Positions 48,495 to 57,703 are shown, counted from the first letter of the stretch. The stretch is 64,000 nucleotides of DNA from Candidatus Omnitrophota bacterium (GCA_040753675.1 JBFMEB010000004.1:4288-68287), one strand, 5' to 3'. The notes: generated by a model not told the origin, from the sequence alone. Made by a program: numbers and translations.

Positions 48495-48994
48495 GACAAA
48501 AACTCAAGCAAAGACTCTATCTCTGATTCTAATAATTTGAGGTTGTGCCGAAGGATATTTATAAGGTTGGATGGTTTTGGTTTTGTAGTCTTGATTAAAT
48601 CTAATAGTTGGCCTTTAAGCCGCCTTAACAGGTTTAACCTTGTATTAAGCCGCCTCTTAGCCAGGCGTGGACTAAGGTAGGAAATAAAATAAAGACCGAG
48701 GTCAATGCTAAAAAATGGCCGTTCTATTCTAATAAGACTATCCTGAAGAAGCCTTTTAAACCTAACTTCTCCTCTAGGGGTGAGGCTATATACGTATTTT
48801 TCAGGCCGTTTACCTGCCTGAGTGGTGCTTTTCTTAATAAGGCCTTGTCTTTCTAATTGCCTAAGCGGATAGTAAATCGAGGTAGAATCAACTTTGAAAA
48901 ATGTGTTAATTTCTTCTTTAATTAAGCGCTTTATTTCATAGCCATGTTTAGGGCCGCCTTTAAGCAGGCCTAAGAAAAGAAGTTCATTTTCCAT
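48491..48994 (-). CDS. PadR family transcriptional regulator
   Basis: LGLLKGGPKHGYEI, SIYYPLRQLE..GLI, RPEKYVYSLT..G. Confidence 0.93.
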   Translation of the reverse strand: MENELLFLGLLKGGPKHGYEIKRLIKEEINTFFKVDSTSIYYPLRQLERQGLIKKSTTQAGKRPEKYVYSLTPRGEVRFKRLLQDSLIRIERPFFSIDLGLYFISYLSPRLAKRRLNTRLNLLRRLKGQLLDLIKTTKPKPSNLINILRHNLKLLESEIESLLEFLS

Positions 48995-49011
48995 AAACTA
49001 ATAGTCTCTAC

Positions 49012-49082
49012 AGCGGGCAACGGGGATCGAACCCGTGTAGGTGGCTTGGAAGGCCACTGCACTACCGCTGTGCTATGCCCGC
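49012..49082 (-). tRNA. tRNA-Gly(TCC)
   Basis: GCGGGCA acceptor stem, GTGGC-CTTCCAA-GCCAC, GGTTCGATCC. Confidence 0.95.
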
Positions 49083-49088
49083 ATGGCC

Positions 49089-49334
49089 CTACAGAAGATG
49101 TCTCTTTAAAAATGCTCTTCCTGAACCAGTCTTAAAATATCTCTCTAGATTAACTGCCAATCGTAGGTTTTTAATACCGATATAAGAAATTAATTCGAAT
49201 GGTCTATAGTTAGCGGTAGATAATTTACTATTTTCTGAGTTGTGTTCTTCTAATCTTCTCTCTAAATTATTGGTATAACCAGTATAGGTATAACTCTGCT
49301 TCTTTATACTTTTAAGGAAATAAACATACCACAT
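49089..49334 (-). CDS. Small GIY-YIG nuclease
   Basis: WYVYFL..YTGYTNNLERRLEEHN, ERYFKTGSGR. Confidence 0.9.
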   Translation of the reverse strand: MWYVYFLKSIKKQSYTYTGYTNNLERRLEEHNSENSKLSTANYRPFELISYIGIKNLRLAVNLERYFKTGSGRAFLKRHLL

Positions 49335-49438
49335 TAGTTATCTCTTAGTGTCCGCCTTCGTCTTCCAAAGAGAATTTAATCACTTGACTACGGCGGACAT
49401 TCGCCGAAGCCAAACGCAAAGCATTTGGCGAAGGCGAA

Positions 49439-49459
49439 TGGACAGGAGAGGATTTGAAC
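49439..49459 (-). repeat. 21-bp duplication of the tRNA-Tyr 3' end
   Basis: TGGACAGGAGAGGATTTGAAC is identical to 49672-49692. Confidence 0.85.
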
Positions 49460-49461
49460 TT

Positions 49462-49587
49462 ACCATAGGGGCTCTCTGCCCCTCCATGGCGTCGTCACCC
49501 CAAGGCTGACTCCTGTCACCCCGTAGTGTAACTAAAGTTAGCTATTCTTGAGGGGAAAATCATCTTTTCCCCTCAAGCTCCTCTTTT
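49462..49587. repeat. Structured dispersed repeat (homologue at 58285-58371)
   Basis: CCATAGGGGCTCT..GCCCCTC...CTGTCACCCCG...GGGGAAAAT..TTTCCCC blocks shared in order. Confidence 0.75.
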
Positions 49588-49671
49588 GTTCAAATCCTTA
49601 CTGGCGTTAAATTCTTCGAAGCTTAAACATGAAGCGAACGCAGTGAAGCGAAATATTTAAGCGTAGTAGAG

Positions 49672-49753
49672 TGGACAGGAGAGGATTTGAACCTCTGAAG
49701 CTATGCGCAACAGATTTACAGTCTGCCCCCTTTGGCCACTTGGGTACCTGTCC
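49672..49753 (-). tRNA. tRNA-Tyr(GTA)
   Basis: GGACAGG acceptor stem, GCAGA-CTGTAAA-TCTGT, long variable arm, GGTTCAAATCC. Confidence 0.96.
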
Positions 49754-49842
49754 GTTAAAAAAATTATTGCTAAATTGCTATCTGCTAAATTGCTTTTTAT
49801 ATGACAATTTAACAATGGAACAATATAGCAATTTATATTTTA

Positions 49843-49918
49843 TGGAGCCGACGAGAGGAATTGAACCCCCGACCCAGGGTTTACAAAACCCTTGCTCTAC
49901 CAACTGAGCTACGTCGGC
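49843..49918 (-). tRNA. tRNA-Thr(TGT)
   Basis: GCCGACG acceptor stem, AGGGT-TTTGTAA-ACCCT, encoded CCA. Confidence 0.96.
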
Positions 49919-49991
49919 ATATTTAAATTGTCAAATTGTCGAATTGTTAATTGTTATTTTCGATGCTAAAACAGTCTAACAATTTAGCAGT

Positions 49992-50870
49992 TTAGCAATT
50001 TAACTTTTTTCTGCTACTTCTCTTTATGGCTTCTGGAATCTTTTCAATCAAATCCGAAGCAATTAAACCTAATTCGCCTTTTTCTTTTGCCGCCAAATCT
50101 CCTGCAAGGCCATGTATATATGCACCGAATTTTGCAGCGGAAAAGCTATCCAGGCCTTGGGCTAAGAATGCACCTACAATTCCAGTCAGGCAATCGCCCA
50201 TTCCTGCGCTAGCCATTCCCGGATTTCCGGTTCTGTTAACGTAACAATTTTTTGAATCTGCTACTAGTGTATTGTGCCCCTTTAAAATTAAAGTCACTCC
50301 AAACTCTTTGGCAAATTTAGTTGCAACAGATTTTCTATTTTCCTGGATATAGGAAACAGTTTTTCCTGTTAGCCTCGCCATTTCGCCAGGATGCGGAGTA
50401 AGTATTCGCGTATTGCGTATAGCGTGTTGCGTATTGCGTAAAATATTTAAGTGGCCGGCAAGTGCATTAATAGCGTCGGCATCAATTACCATAGGAAGCT
50501 TGCAGGTCTTGATAATTTTTCGCACTAACACTTGAGTCGACGAATTAGCAGACAAACCCGGACCTATGGCTAAACAATCGCACTTTTCTAAAAAATTATT
50601 TATTTTTTTATAGGCCTTATCGCTTAACGTCTGGTTTTTAGTTTCAGGCAGCGCTAAAGTCATTACTTCAATTAATTGCTTTTCAAAGACCTCAATTAAA
50701 GTTTCCGGTACACCTAGCGTAACTAACCCTGCGCCTGCCCGTAGACAAGAGCGCGCTACCATAACAGCTGCTCCGGTTAAGCCAGATGAACCAGCTAAGA
50801 GGAATAAATGGCCAAAATCGCCCTTATGCGAGTCTTTCTTTCTTTTCAACAACTGCGCTGGCAACCGCAT
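49992..50870 (-). CDS. nnrD: ADP-dependent NAD(P)H-hydrate dehydratase
   Basis: HKGDFG, IGPGL, VIDADA, LTPHPGE, GMGDCLTG. Confidence 0.94.
   Translation of the reverse strand: MRLPAQLLKRKKDSHKGDFGHLFLLAGSSGLTGAAVMVARSCLRAGAGLVTLGVPETLIEVFEKQLIEVMTLALPETKNQTLSDKAYKKINNFLEKCDCLAIGPGLSANSSTQVLVRKIIKTCKLPMVIDADAINALAGHLNILRNTQHAIRNTRILTPHPGEMARLTGKTVSYIQENRKSVATKFAKEFGVTLILKGHNTLVADSKNCYVNRTGNPGMASAGMGDCLTGIVGAFLAQGLDSFSAAKFGAYIHGLAGDLAAKEKGELGLIASDLIEKIPEAIKRSSRKKLNC
50402..50440. repeat. GCGTATT-type in-frame heptamer repeat inside nnrD
   Basis: Encodes LRNTQHAIRNTRI just before the TPHPGE motif. Confidence 0.8.
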
Positions 50871-51180
50871 ATTTTTCTATATGAGCAATGGAGATTGAAA
50901 CATTAAAACCATTGCGGTTCAGGCGGCAAAACGGCCTGCCTACATCATCATTTAATATCTCGATATCTTTGAAATTAAATTGCCCACGGCTAAATGCCTT
51001 CAAAACTGCCTCTTTTGCAGCGAATCTTCCTGCCAAATGCATACTGGATAGTCTTTTTGTTTTTGCATATTCAACTTCGCGCTGGGTAAAAATTCGTTTT
51101 AGAAAATCATCGCCATTTCTTTTAATCGCAGTTTCTATGCGCTCAACTTCAACAATATCAATGCCGGTGCCGACTATCAT
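50824..51180 (-). CDS. acpS: Holo-ACP synthase
   Basis: GIDIVEVERI, AGRFAAKEAVLKA, SISIAH. Confidence 0.95.
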   Translation of the reverse strand: MIVGTGIDIVEVERIETAIKRNGDDFLKRIFTQREVEYAKTKRLSSMHLAGRFAAKEAVLKAFSRGQFNFKDIEILNDDVGRPFCRLNRNGFNVSISIAHIEKYAVASAVVEKKERLA

Positions 51181-51208
51181 AAAGAAGCCTCTTTAAAAAG
51201 TAAAACAT

Positions 51209-51298
51209 TAAACGCAAATATACGCTAATCTAACGCAGATATTCGCAAATAATTTTTATCTGCGTTAATTGGCGTTAGATTTGCGAGAATTCGCGTTA
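51209..51298. repeat. Direct then inverted short-repeat array (ACGCxxAT / ATxxGCG)
   Basis: Same family as 8147-8230. Confidence 0.65.
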
Positions 51299-52027
51299 AA
51301 TAGAACTATAAATATTTTCTCTGTCGATTAACTTACGCATTTCGCTCACTGCGTTTTCTAATCCTACAAAAACTGCGTGGCAAATAATTGAATAACCGAT
51401 ATTTAATTCTTCTATCTCCCGAATTTTTACCACATCTGCGGTATTAGAATAATCAAGGCCGTGGCCTGCAGCTACAACAAAACCTATATCTTTAGCAAAG
51501 ATTGCAGCATCTTGTAATTTGGCTAAGTATTTTTCGCTTCCCTTCTTACTTTTAGTATCGGCATATTTACCAGTATGTAACTCTATTATATCTGCACCTA
51601 TCTTTTTCGCTGTCTCTATCTGCTTTTTTACAGGGTCAATAAATAAACTCACCCTTATTCCAACGGATTTTAACTTCTCTATCGCCTTTGCAATTTTTTT
51701 TTCATAAGTAATTACGTCTAAGCCACCCTCTGTAGTTAATTCCTTGCGCCTTTCCGGCACTAATGTCGAAACATCTGGCTTAATGCGTCGAGCAATATTT
51801 ACTATATCCTTATTAATAGACATCTCTAAATTAAAATGCTTGGCAGTTTTCCTTAAAGTTACAACATCAGCATCTTGAATATGGCGCCGGTCTTCGCGTA
51901 AATGCGCTACAATAGAATCTGCGCCTGCTTCCAAACAGGTTTTCGCTGCTTCAATCGGGCTGATAAGGTTAATGCCTCTTGCCTGGCGCAGGGTAGCTAC
52001 GTGGTCAATATTTACGCCTAATCTCAT
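51296..52027 (-). CDS. pdxJ: Pyridoxine 5'-phosphate synthase
   Basis: LGVNIDHVATLRQAR, HLREDRRHI, TTEGGLD, IELHTG, AGHGL. Confidence 0.97.
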   Translation of the reverse strand: MRLGVNIDHVATLRQARGINLISPIEAAKTCLEAGADSIVAHLREDRRHIQDADVVTLRKTAKHFNLEMSINKDIVNIARRIKPDVSTLVPERRKELTTEGGLDVITYEKKIAKAIEKLKSVGIRVSLFIDPVKKQIETAKKIGADIIELHTGKYADTKSKKGSEKYLAKLQDAAIFAKDIGFVVAAGHGLDYSNTADVVKIREIEELNIGYSIICHAVFVGLENAVSEMRKLIDRENIYSSI

Positions 52028-52029
52028 TT

Positions 52030-52140
52030 TTAGAAATAAAATCCTTTTTTTATTTCGCTGGTGATATAAATCCAGCTAATAATGGCTAAAATTAAAGAGA
52101 TCGCCTTAAGCCATAGGTTATGTATGAGCCAATTTTTCAT
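52030..52140 (-). CDS. 36-aa CdaR-like single transmembrane peptide
   Basis: Manual translation MKNWLIHNLWLKAISLILAIISWIYITSEIKKGFYF*, starting 1 nt after the cdaA stop; resembles the CdaR/YbbR N-terminal anchor. Confidence 0.7.
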   Translation of the reverse strand: MKNWLIHNLWLKAISLILAIISWIYITSEIKKGFYF

Positions 52141-52141
52141 A

Positions 52142-52900
52142 TTATTTTTGTTTATATAATAAATTTTTTATTGTGCTGTCTAATTTTTCTATCTCTAATT
52201 TGGAATTCAGTCGTCCATTAAGCGCTAAAGAAATTTCTCCCCTTTCTTCGGAAACTACAATTACTACAGCATCGGTTTCCTCGCTTAAGCCAATGGCAGC
52301 GCGATGTCGGGTGCCGAATACAGGAGATAACCCCTGTTGCTGAGTTAGAGGAAAAAGGCAGGCTGCTGCTACAATTCTATTACCTGTAATAACAACTCCT
52401 CCGTCATGAAGAGGAGTGCCGTGAGCAAAAATTGTATGCAATAATTCCGTGCTAACGATACTGTCTAATTGTACCCCGCTTTCTGTAAATGTCCTTAACT
52501 TCTGCTGCCTCTCTAAAGCAATAATTGCGCCGACATGCTCATAGGAAAACCTGCGTATTGCCTTAACCAGTTCTTTTATCATCTGATCTAATTCTTCTTC
52601 TTTGGGAGGCAGATAAAACAGATGCTGCTGGCCTAAACGCGCAAGGCCATGGCGCAGTTCGGGTTGAAATATTACAATTATAGCTATCAACCAAAAAGCG
52701 AATAATTTAGTCAATAGCCATTCGATTGCCAAAAGACCTAACTTCTGAGAGACAAAAAATGCAATAATCAAAATTATAATGCCGCGCAAAACATTTACCG
52801 CGCGGCTGCCTTCGAAGAAAACGAGCATCCGATAAAATATAAACCATAAGATGAGAATTTCTAGGGCCGGCCGCCAATTTAAAAAAATGTAATCTAACAT
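52142..52900 (-). CDS. cdaA: Diadenylate cyclase CdaA
   Basis: Three TM helices, IFQPELR, PLHDGG, GTRHRAA, VSEERG. Confidence 0.95.
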   Translation of the reverse strand: MLDYIFLNWRPALEILILWFIFYRMLVFFEGSRAVNVLRGIIILIIAFFVSQKLGLLAIEWLLTKLFAFWLIAIIVIFQPELRHGLARLGQQHLFYLPPKEEELDQMIKELVKAIRRFSYEHVGAIIALERQQKLRTFTESGVQLDSIVSTELLHTIFAHGTPLHDGGVVITGNRIVAAACLFPLTQQQGLSPVFGTRHRAAIGLSEETDAVVIVVSEERGEISLALNGRLNSKLEIEKLDSTIKNLLYKQK

Positions 52901-53787
52901 GCTGGATAATTAGAAGGGTTTAAAATTGCATCAGTTAGATGTGCTACTTGCTGCATTTCTCTTACATCATGAACACGCACTATGTGTGCGCCGTTCGCAA
53001 TGGCTAAAGCAACTGATGCTGCAGTGCCAAACAGTCGATTTTTTTCATCGAGATTTAGCACTTTACCGATAAAAGACTTACGGGATACCCCAATGAGAAT
53101 TGGCCTGCCTAAACTCGCAAATTCAGCTAAACGCTTTATTATCTCTAAGTTCTGACTCAAGGTCTTTGCAAAACCAATACCAGGGTCAATAATTATATTT
53201 TTAAAAGAAAGCCCTGCCTGTTTAGCTACGGCAATGGCTTTTTTTAATTCGTTTTTTATATCGGAAATCAAAGAACCGTACTTCGTATATTGTTGCATAT
53301 TTAGAGGAACACCGCGCATATGCATTATTATCAATGCCTTATTTTTTTTTGCGCAGAGTGTTGCAATTTTTCTGTTTATTTTGGCATCGCAAGCCTTAAT
53401 ATTATTAATTATACTTGCACCGGCTTCTATTACCTTAGTTGCCACTTCAGACTTATAGGTATCTACGGAAATAGGGATATGTAACTGGTTATCAATGCTC
53501 TCAATTACCGGGATGAGTCTTTTTAATTCTTCTCTCGCTGATATCGGTTTTGCGCCTGGCCGAGTTGATTCTGCTCCTATGTCGATAATATCTGCACCGC
53601 TGGCTTTCATCTTTTTAGCCAAATCCAAAGCACTTCTACTTACCAAAGAACAATTATTAATATTTTTCAATAATCCATCTTTGCTGAACGAGTCTGTTGT
53701 TATATTAATAATCCCCATTATCAAGGTGCGGCTGCCTAACTCTAACGCAAATTTACCAGCGGGGACAATAAAGGACTTTCTTTTCAC
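52894..53787 (-). CDS. folP: Dihydropteroate synthase
   Basis: [37 protein letters not shown]. Confidence 0.96.
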   Translation of the reverse strand: MKRKSFIVPAGKFALELGSRTLIMGIINITTDSFSKDGLLKNINNCSLVSRSALDLAKKMKASGADIIDIGAESTRPGAKPISAREELKRLIPVIESIDNQLHIPISVDTYKSEVATKVIEAGASIINNIKACDAKINRKIATLCAKKNKALIIMHMRGVPLNMQQYTKYGSLISDIKNELKKAIAVAKQAGLSFKNIIIDPGIGFAKTLSQNLEIIKRLAEFASLGRPILIGVSRKSFIGKVLNLDEKNRLFGTAASVALAIANGAHIVRVHDVREMQQVAHLTDAILNPSNYPAC

Positions 53788-55682
53788 GAGATATTGAGAA
53801 GCTTCCTTATCTCATCAACTGCCAATACTTCTTTCTCTAATAAAGTGCTGGCTAAAAGTGATAATTTATCTTTATTCTCTTCTAAAGTTTTCTTGGCTAT
53901 TTTATATCGTTCTTCCACAAGACGCTTGACTTCTACGTCAATCTCCCTTGCTGTATCTTCGGAATAATTGCGCTCCTCAGTCAGGTCCTTGCCTAAAAAC
54001 AATAGGCCACGCCTGCGGCCAAATGTCAAATGGCCTAATTTTTCGCTCATTCCAAATTCACAAACCATTCGCCTGGCTAATTCAGTGGCTACTTCTAAAT
54101 CGTTCTCTGCGCCTGTTGTGACTTCGCCGAATATAAGCTCTTCGCTGGAACATCCCCCTAAAAGTACGGTCAAGCGAGCTAAAAGTTCTGATTTGGTCAT
54201 AATATATCTATCCTGCAGGGGCAATTGCATAGTATAACCTAAAGCAGCAGTGCCGCGCGGAATAATCGAAACTTTATGCAAAGGATCAACGTCTGAAACC
54301 AAAAGAGACAATAACGCATGGCCTGCTTCATGGAAAGCCACAATCTCTTTTTCCTTTTTGGAAATTACCCGGCTTTTTCGTTGTGGACCGGCAATAACCC
54401 TCTCTATTGACTCCTGCATTTCTTCCATGCCGACTTTTTCTTTATTGCGCCGAGCAGCAAGTAGAGCTGCCTCATTGGCTAAGTTGGCCAAATCTGCTCC
54501 AGAAAAACCCGGCGTTTGCCGGGCTATAGACTCTAAACTCACATCCTCTGCTAATTTAATATTACGCACATGCACTTTAAGAATTGCCTCTCTGCCCTTG
54601 ATATCAGGCCTGTCAATAACAATCTGACGGTCGAATCTTCCAGGCCTAAGCAGCGCAGGATCTAATGTATCAGGCCGGTTTGTTGCTGCTATTAATATTA
54701 AACCTTCTTGCGTTGTAAAGCCGTCCATCTCAACTAGAAGGGCATTCAAAGTCTGTTCGCGCTCATCGTGGCCTCCGCCGATGCCTGAAAAACGCAAACG
54801 TCCCACGGCATCAATCTCATCAATAAATATAATGCAACCCTTACCGCTTACTTTAGCAGCCTGCCTTCCTTGTTCGAACAAATCTCTTACCCGAGAAGCG
54901 CCAACGCCTACAAACATCTCCACAAAATCAGAACCACTTATGGAAAAGAATGGCACTCCTGCTTCTCCAGCCACTGCCTTTGCTAAAAGCGTTTTTCCTG
55001 TACCAGGAGGACCGACTAACAAGACTCCCTTTGGAATTTTACCGCCTAAACGCTGGAATTTCTTAGGGTCTTTTAAAAATTCTATAACCTCTGTTAGTTC
55101 TTCCTCTGCTTCGTCCACACCAGCTACATCGTCAAAGGTAAATCTCTTTTGTTCCTTAACATCTGATGCCAATTTTGGCCTGATCTTACTAAAAGACCAG
55201 ATTCGATTTCCCATTTGATTGCCACGAAAAGAAAGATACCAAAGAGCAAAAATTAAAAGAATTGGACCGCCTAAGTTAAATAAAAGATTTGCTAATAGTG
55301 TGCGGGGGAGCCTAATTTCGAAGTTACTTACCTTCTGGCGCATTAGAGGAATGATTTCTTCATCTTGGATAGGAATATATAAGTTAAATTGTGAGCCGTC
55401 GCTAAATTCTCCCTCTATCTTATTCTCGTCCACAGTAAGAACGAGGCTTTTAATTTTATTAGTCTTATCATTATCAAGTAATATCTTATAAAACTCGCTA
55501 TAATTTATTTGCTGTGGCGGTTTTTTTACAACAAAAGGAAACCTTACTATACTCGAAAAATAAAATACCAAAAAAATAATCACGAACCAAAATAAGTAAG
55601 GATTATTAAATATCGACTTTTTGGCCTTGTTGTTTTTCTTTCCAGTTTCTTTTTTTTGTTTTTTTGGCTCTAAAATATCCAT
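53784..55682 (-). CDS. ftsH: ATP-dependent zinc metalloprotease FtsH
   Basis: [27 protein letters not shown]. Confidence 0.98.
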   Translation of the reverse strand: MDILEPKKQKKETGKKNNKAKKSIFNNPYLFWFVIIFLVFYFSSIVRFPFVVKKPPQQINYSEFYKILLDNDKTNKIKSLVLTVDENKIEGEFSDGSQFNLYIPIQDEEIIPLMRQKVSNFEIRLPRTLLANLLFNLGGPILLIFALWYLSFRGNQMGNRIWSFSKIRPKLASDVKEQKRFTFDDVAGVDEAEEELTEVIEFLKDPKKFQRLGGKIPKGVLLVGPPGTGKTLLAKAVAGEAGVPFFSISGSDFVEMFVGVGASRVRDLFEQGRQAAKVSGKGCIIFIDEIDAVGRLRFSGIGGGHDEREQTLNALLVEMDGFTTQEGLILIAATNRPDTLDPALLRPGRFDRQIVIDRPDIKGREAILKVHVRNIKLAEDVSLESIARQTPGFSGADLANLANEAALLAARRNKEKVGMEEMQESIERVIAGPQRKSRVISKKEKEIVAFHEAGHALLSLLVSDVDPLHKVSIIPRGTAALGYTMQLPLQDRYIMTKSELLARLTVLLGGCSSEELIFGEVTTGAENDLEVATELARRMVCEFGMSEKLGHLTFGRRRGLLFLGKDLTEERNYSEDTAREIDVEVKRLVEERYKIAKKTLEENKDKLSLLASTLLEKEVLAVDEIRKLLNIS

Positions 55683-55798
55683 AATCACCTCGAGTTAATT
55701 ATTATATATCAATATAAACACAAAAATCAACTATTTTCAAACCGCAAAGTCCGCAAAATCAGTAACGCAAAAACGCAAAAATTGCATCTTGACGGCAA

Positions 55799-56794
55799 CT
55801 ACTTTCTCAAGTAAAAAACGAGTTTTTCTTTTATCTTTTTTACTGATAGCCCCTTAGGCAAGTCTACTACAGAATCTATCGGCCTATTTCGAATTAAATC
55901 CTCTATTTCCTGCCAATGGCGATAATCAAATTTGCGGGTTGAGCCTAAAATGTGACTTATTGCCATACGTATAATCATTCTTTGTATAGCTATATGTAAT
56001 TTCAAAAACTTTTTCAAATCAAAACTTACTTTAGACTTTGTTTTAGTTGTCACAGTTGTATCTAATCTCGTTTTTGCAGCAGTTTCTAAGTATTGGTAGT
56101 CCAAAGATAAAATCTGCGCTAAATTTGCAAGATGTTTTTTAATATTTCTATCAAAACCTGATTCCAAAAAAGGAATAAGCCTATTCCTAATCTTATTTCT
56201 AAAAAAAGTATTCTCAAGGTTAGATGAATCTGTGCAGGGCTTAACTTTTATACGCTTTAAATATGAATTTATATCAGACCGAGAAACCTCAAGCAGCGGA
56301 CGGACAAAAGTTAAGCCTTCAAGAAGGCGATTTGGAACTATCCCCTGCAGGCCATAAAGGCCGCTTCCCCGTATCAGACGCATCAAGACAGTCTCTGCCT
56401 GATCATCCTGATTGTGACCCAGTGCAATTTTTTTAATAGAACATTTCCTTACTATTTCTCTAAAAAATTTATGACGCTCTTTTCTGCTAAATTCTTCAAC
56501 AGAACCTTTGTTTGCAAGCTTAGATATATTAACTATTTTTAAATCAATTGGGATATTTAATTTCTTGGCAGTTTTTTTAACGAATTCCATATCTCTGTAA
56601 GATTCGGTTCTACGCAATAAATGATTTAAGTGCGCAAGTCGCAAGGTTATTTTCAACTCTTTTTTTAGCGAATTAAGCACATATACAAGCGCTGTTGAAT
56701 CAGGCCCGCCAGACGCGCCGACCAAAACAGAATCGCCTTTCTTAAACATTCTGAATTTTTTTATTGTAGCCAGGACTTTCTGCTTAAAAGGCAT
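55799..56794 (-). CDS. tilS: tRNA(Ile)-lysidine synthase
   Basis: SGGPDS, HNQDDQAET, RPLL, DSSN..RNKIR. Confidence 0.95.
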   Translation of the reverse strand: MPFKQKVLATIKKFRMFKKGDSVLVGASGGPDSTALVYVLNSLKKELKITLRLAHLNHLLRRTESYRDMEFVKKTAKKLNIPIDLKIVNISKLANKGSVEEFSRKERHKFFREIVRKCSIKKIALGHNQDDQAETVLMRLIRGSGLYGLQGIVPNRLLEGLTFVRPLLEVSRSDINSYLKRIKVKPCTDSSNLENTFFRNKIRNRLIPFLESGFDRNIKKHLANLAQILSLDYQYLETAAKTRLDTTVTTKTKSKVSFDLKKFLKLHIAIQRMIIRMAISHILGSTRKFDYRHWQEIEDLIRNRPIDSVVDLPKGLSVKKIKEKLVFYLRK

Positions 56795-56848
56795 GTTTTT
56801 TAATGGTTAATAAAGGCAGGTAAAATATGGCAGGAAAACGTATATTAA

Positions 56849-57034
56849 CTACCAACCTCTCCTTTTTAATTCTTCCCAATTTCTTTTGCTCTGTAAAGGT
56901 GTAATCTTATTAAGAAATTTATTAATTTCTGCTAACCACTCTAATCTCTGGGCATAGGAAGTTTTTAAGTAATCAGCAAGATGCTCATCAGCTTCGAACT
57001 TTGTCTCTTTACATCTACGTTTTCTATTTTTCAT
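56849..57034 (-). CDS. Small hypothetical protein coupled to a nucleotidyltransferase
   Basis: 61 aa, overlaps the 3' end of the upstream NTase; SYAQRLEWL. Confidence 0.6.
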   Translation of the reverse strand: MKNRKRRCKETKFEADEHLADYLKTSYAQRLEWLAEINKFLNKITPLQSKRNWEELKRRGW

Positions 57035-57524
57035 TTTTGCTTAACTTAGTAATTGCCTTTAAATTAGCCAAATCGATTAAATCTTTTGCCCGACCTGCTT
57101 TCTCTTTAAGTTTTATCAAATGTTTTAGAGAAAGCAAAGGAATGGTTATACCCGCGACTTTAATCTTTTTCAAACTTTTTTTGATAATGTCAAACTTTAT
57201 TGGCTCATCAATAAATACATCGATTAATTTTAGGTGCTCTTTTGGATGAAAAAAGCTAAATACTATCATTCCTTTTTCTTTGCGCCACAGGCTTCTTTGC
57301 TTTTTATCTTTAAATTGTTCTTTGGTAACTGGCACTTTTGGTAGATATCCTAATTTAGTTAAAGTGCCAAAAAACTTATCCACGTTTTTTTCATCTAAAC
57401 ACACAATTAAATCTAAGTCTGCAGTGAAACGCACATAGCCATAGAGAACCACTGCCATTCCACCTACTACGGCATATTTAACGCCTTCCTTATTTAATGC
57501 CTTAAAAACTTCTGCGTATAACAT
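57024..57524 (-). CDS. Nucleotidyltransferase-fold protein (DUF6036-like)
   Basis: YAVVGGMAV..YG..RFTADLDL and C-terminal LIKLK..AGRAKDLIDL. Confidence 0.82.
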   Translation of the reverse strand: MLYAEVFKALNKEGVKYAVVGGMAVVLYGYVRFTADLDLIVCLDEKNVDKFFGTLTKLGYLPKVPVTKEQFKDKKQRSLWRKEKGMIVFSFFHPKEHLKLIDVFIDEPIKFDIIKKSLKKIKVAGITIPLLSLKHLIKLKEKAGRAKDLIDLANLKAITKLSKNEK

Positions 57525-57539
57525 ATTAGATAAAATGGT

Positions 57540-57656
57540 GCTCTACTACGCTAAATTACTTCGTCGCTTCGCTCCTTCGTGTTTAGCTTCGAAGAGCACT
57601 CTTCGAAGCTCAAACGTGAATGAGCGATAGCGAAGAAACATTTGAGCGAAGTAGAG
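57540..57656. repeat. Head-to-head pair of ~58-bp palindromic repeats (third copy 49613-49671)
   Basis: CTCTTCGAAGCT(C/T)AAAC..GAA...TTT.AGCG.AGTAGAG and its reverse complement. Confidence 0.75.
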
Positions 57657-57703
57657 TGACGGCGAGTGGAATTGAACCACTGACATAGCGGGTATGAGCC
57701 GCT
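57657..57703 (-). pseudogene. 3' half of a tRNA-Met(CAT)-like gene
   Basis: AGCGG-CTCATAC-CCGCT, ATGTC, AGTGG-TTCAATT-CCACT, CGCCGTCA; no D-arm or 5' acceptor strand upstream. Confidence 0.75.
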
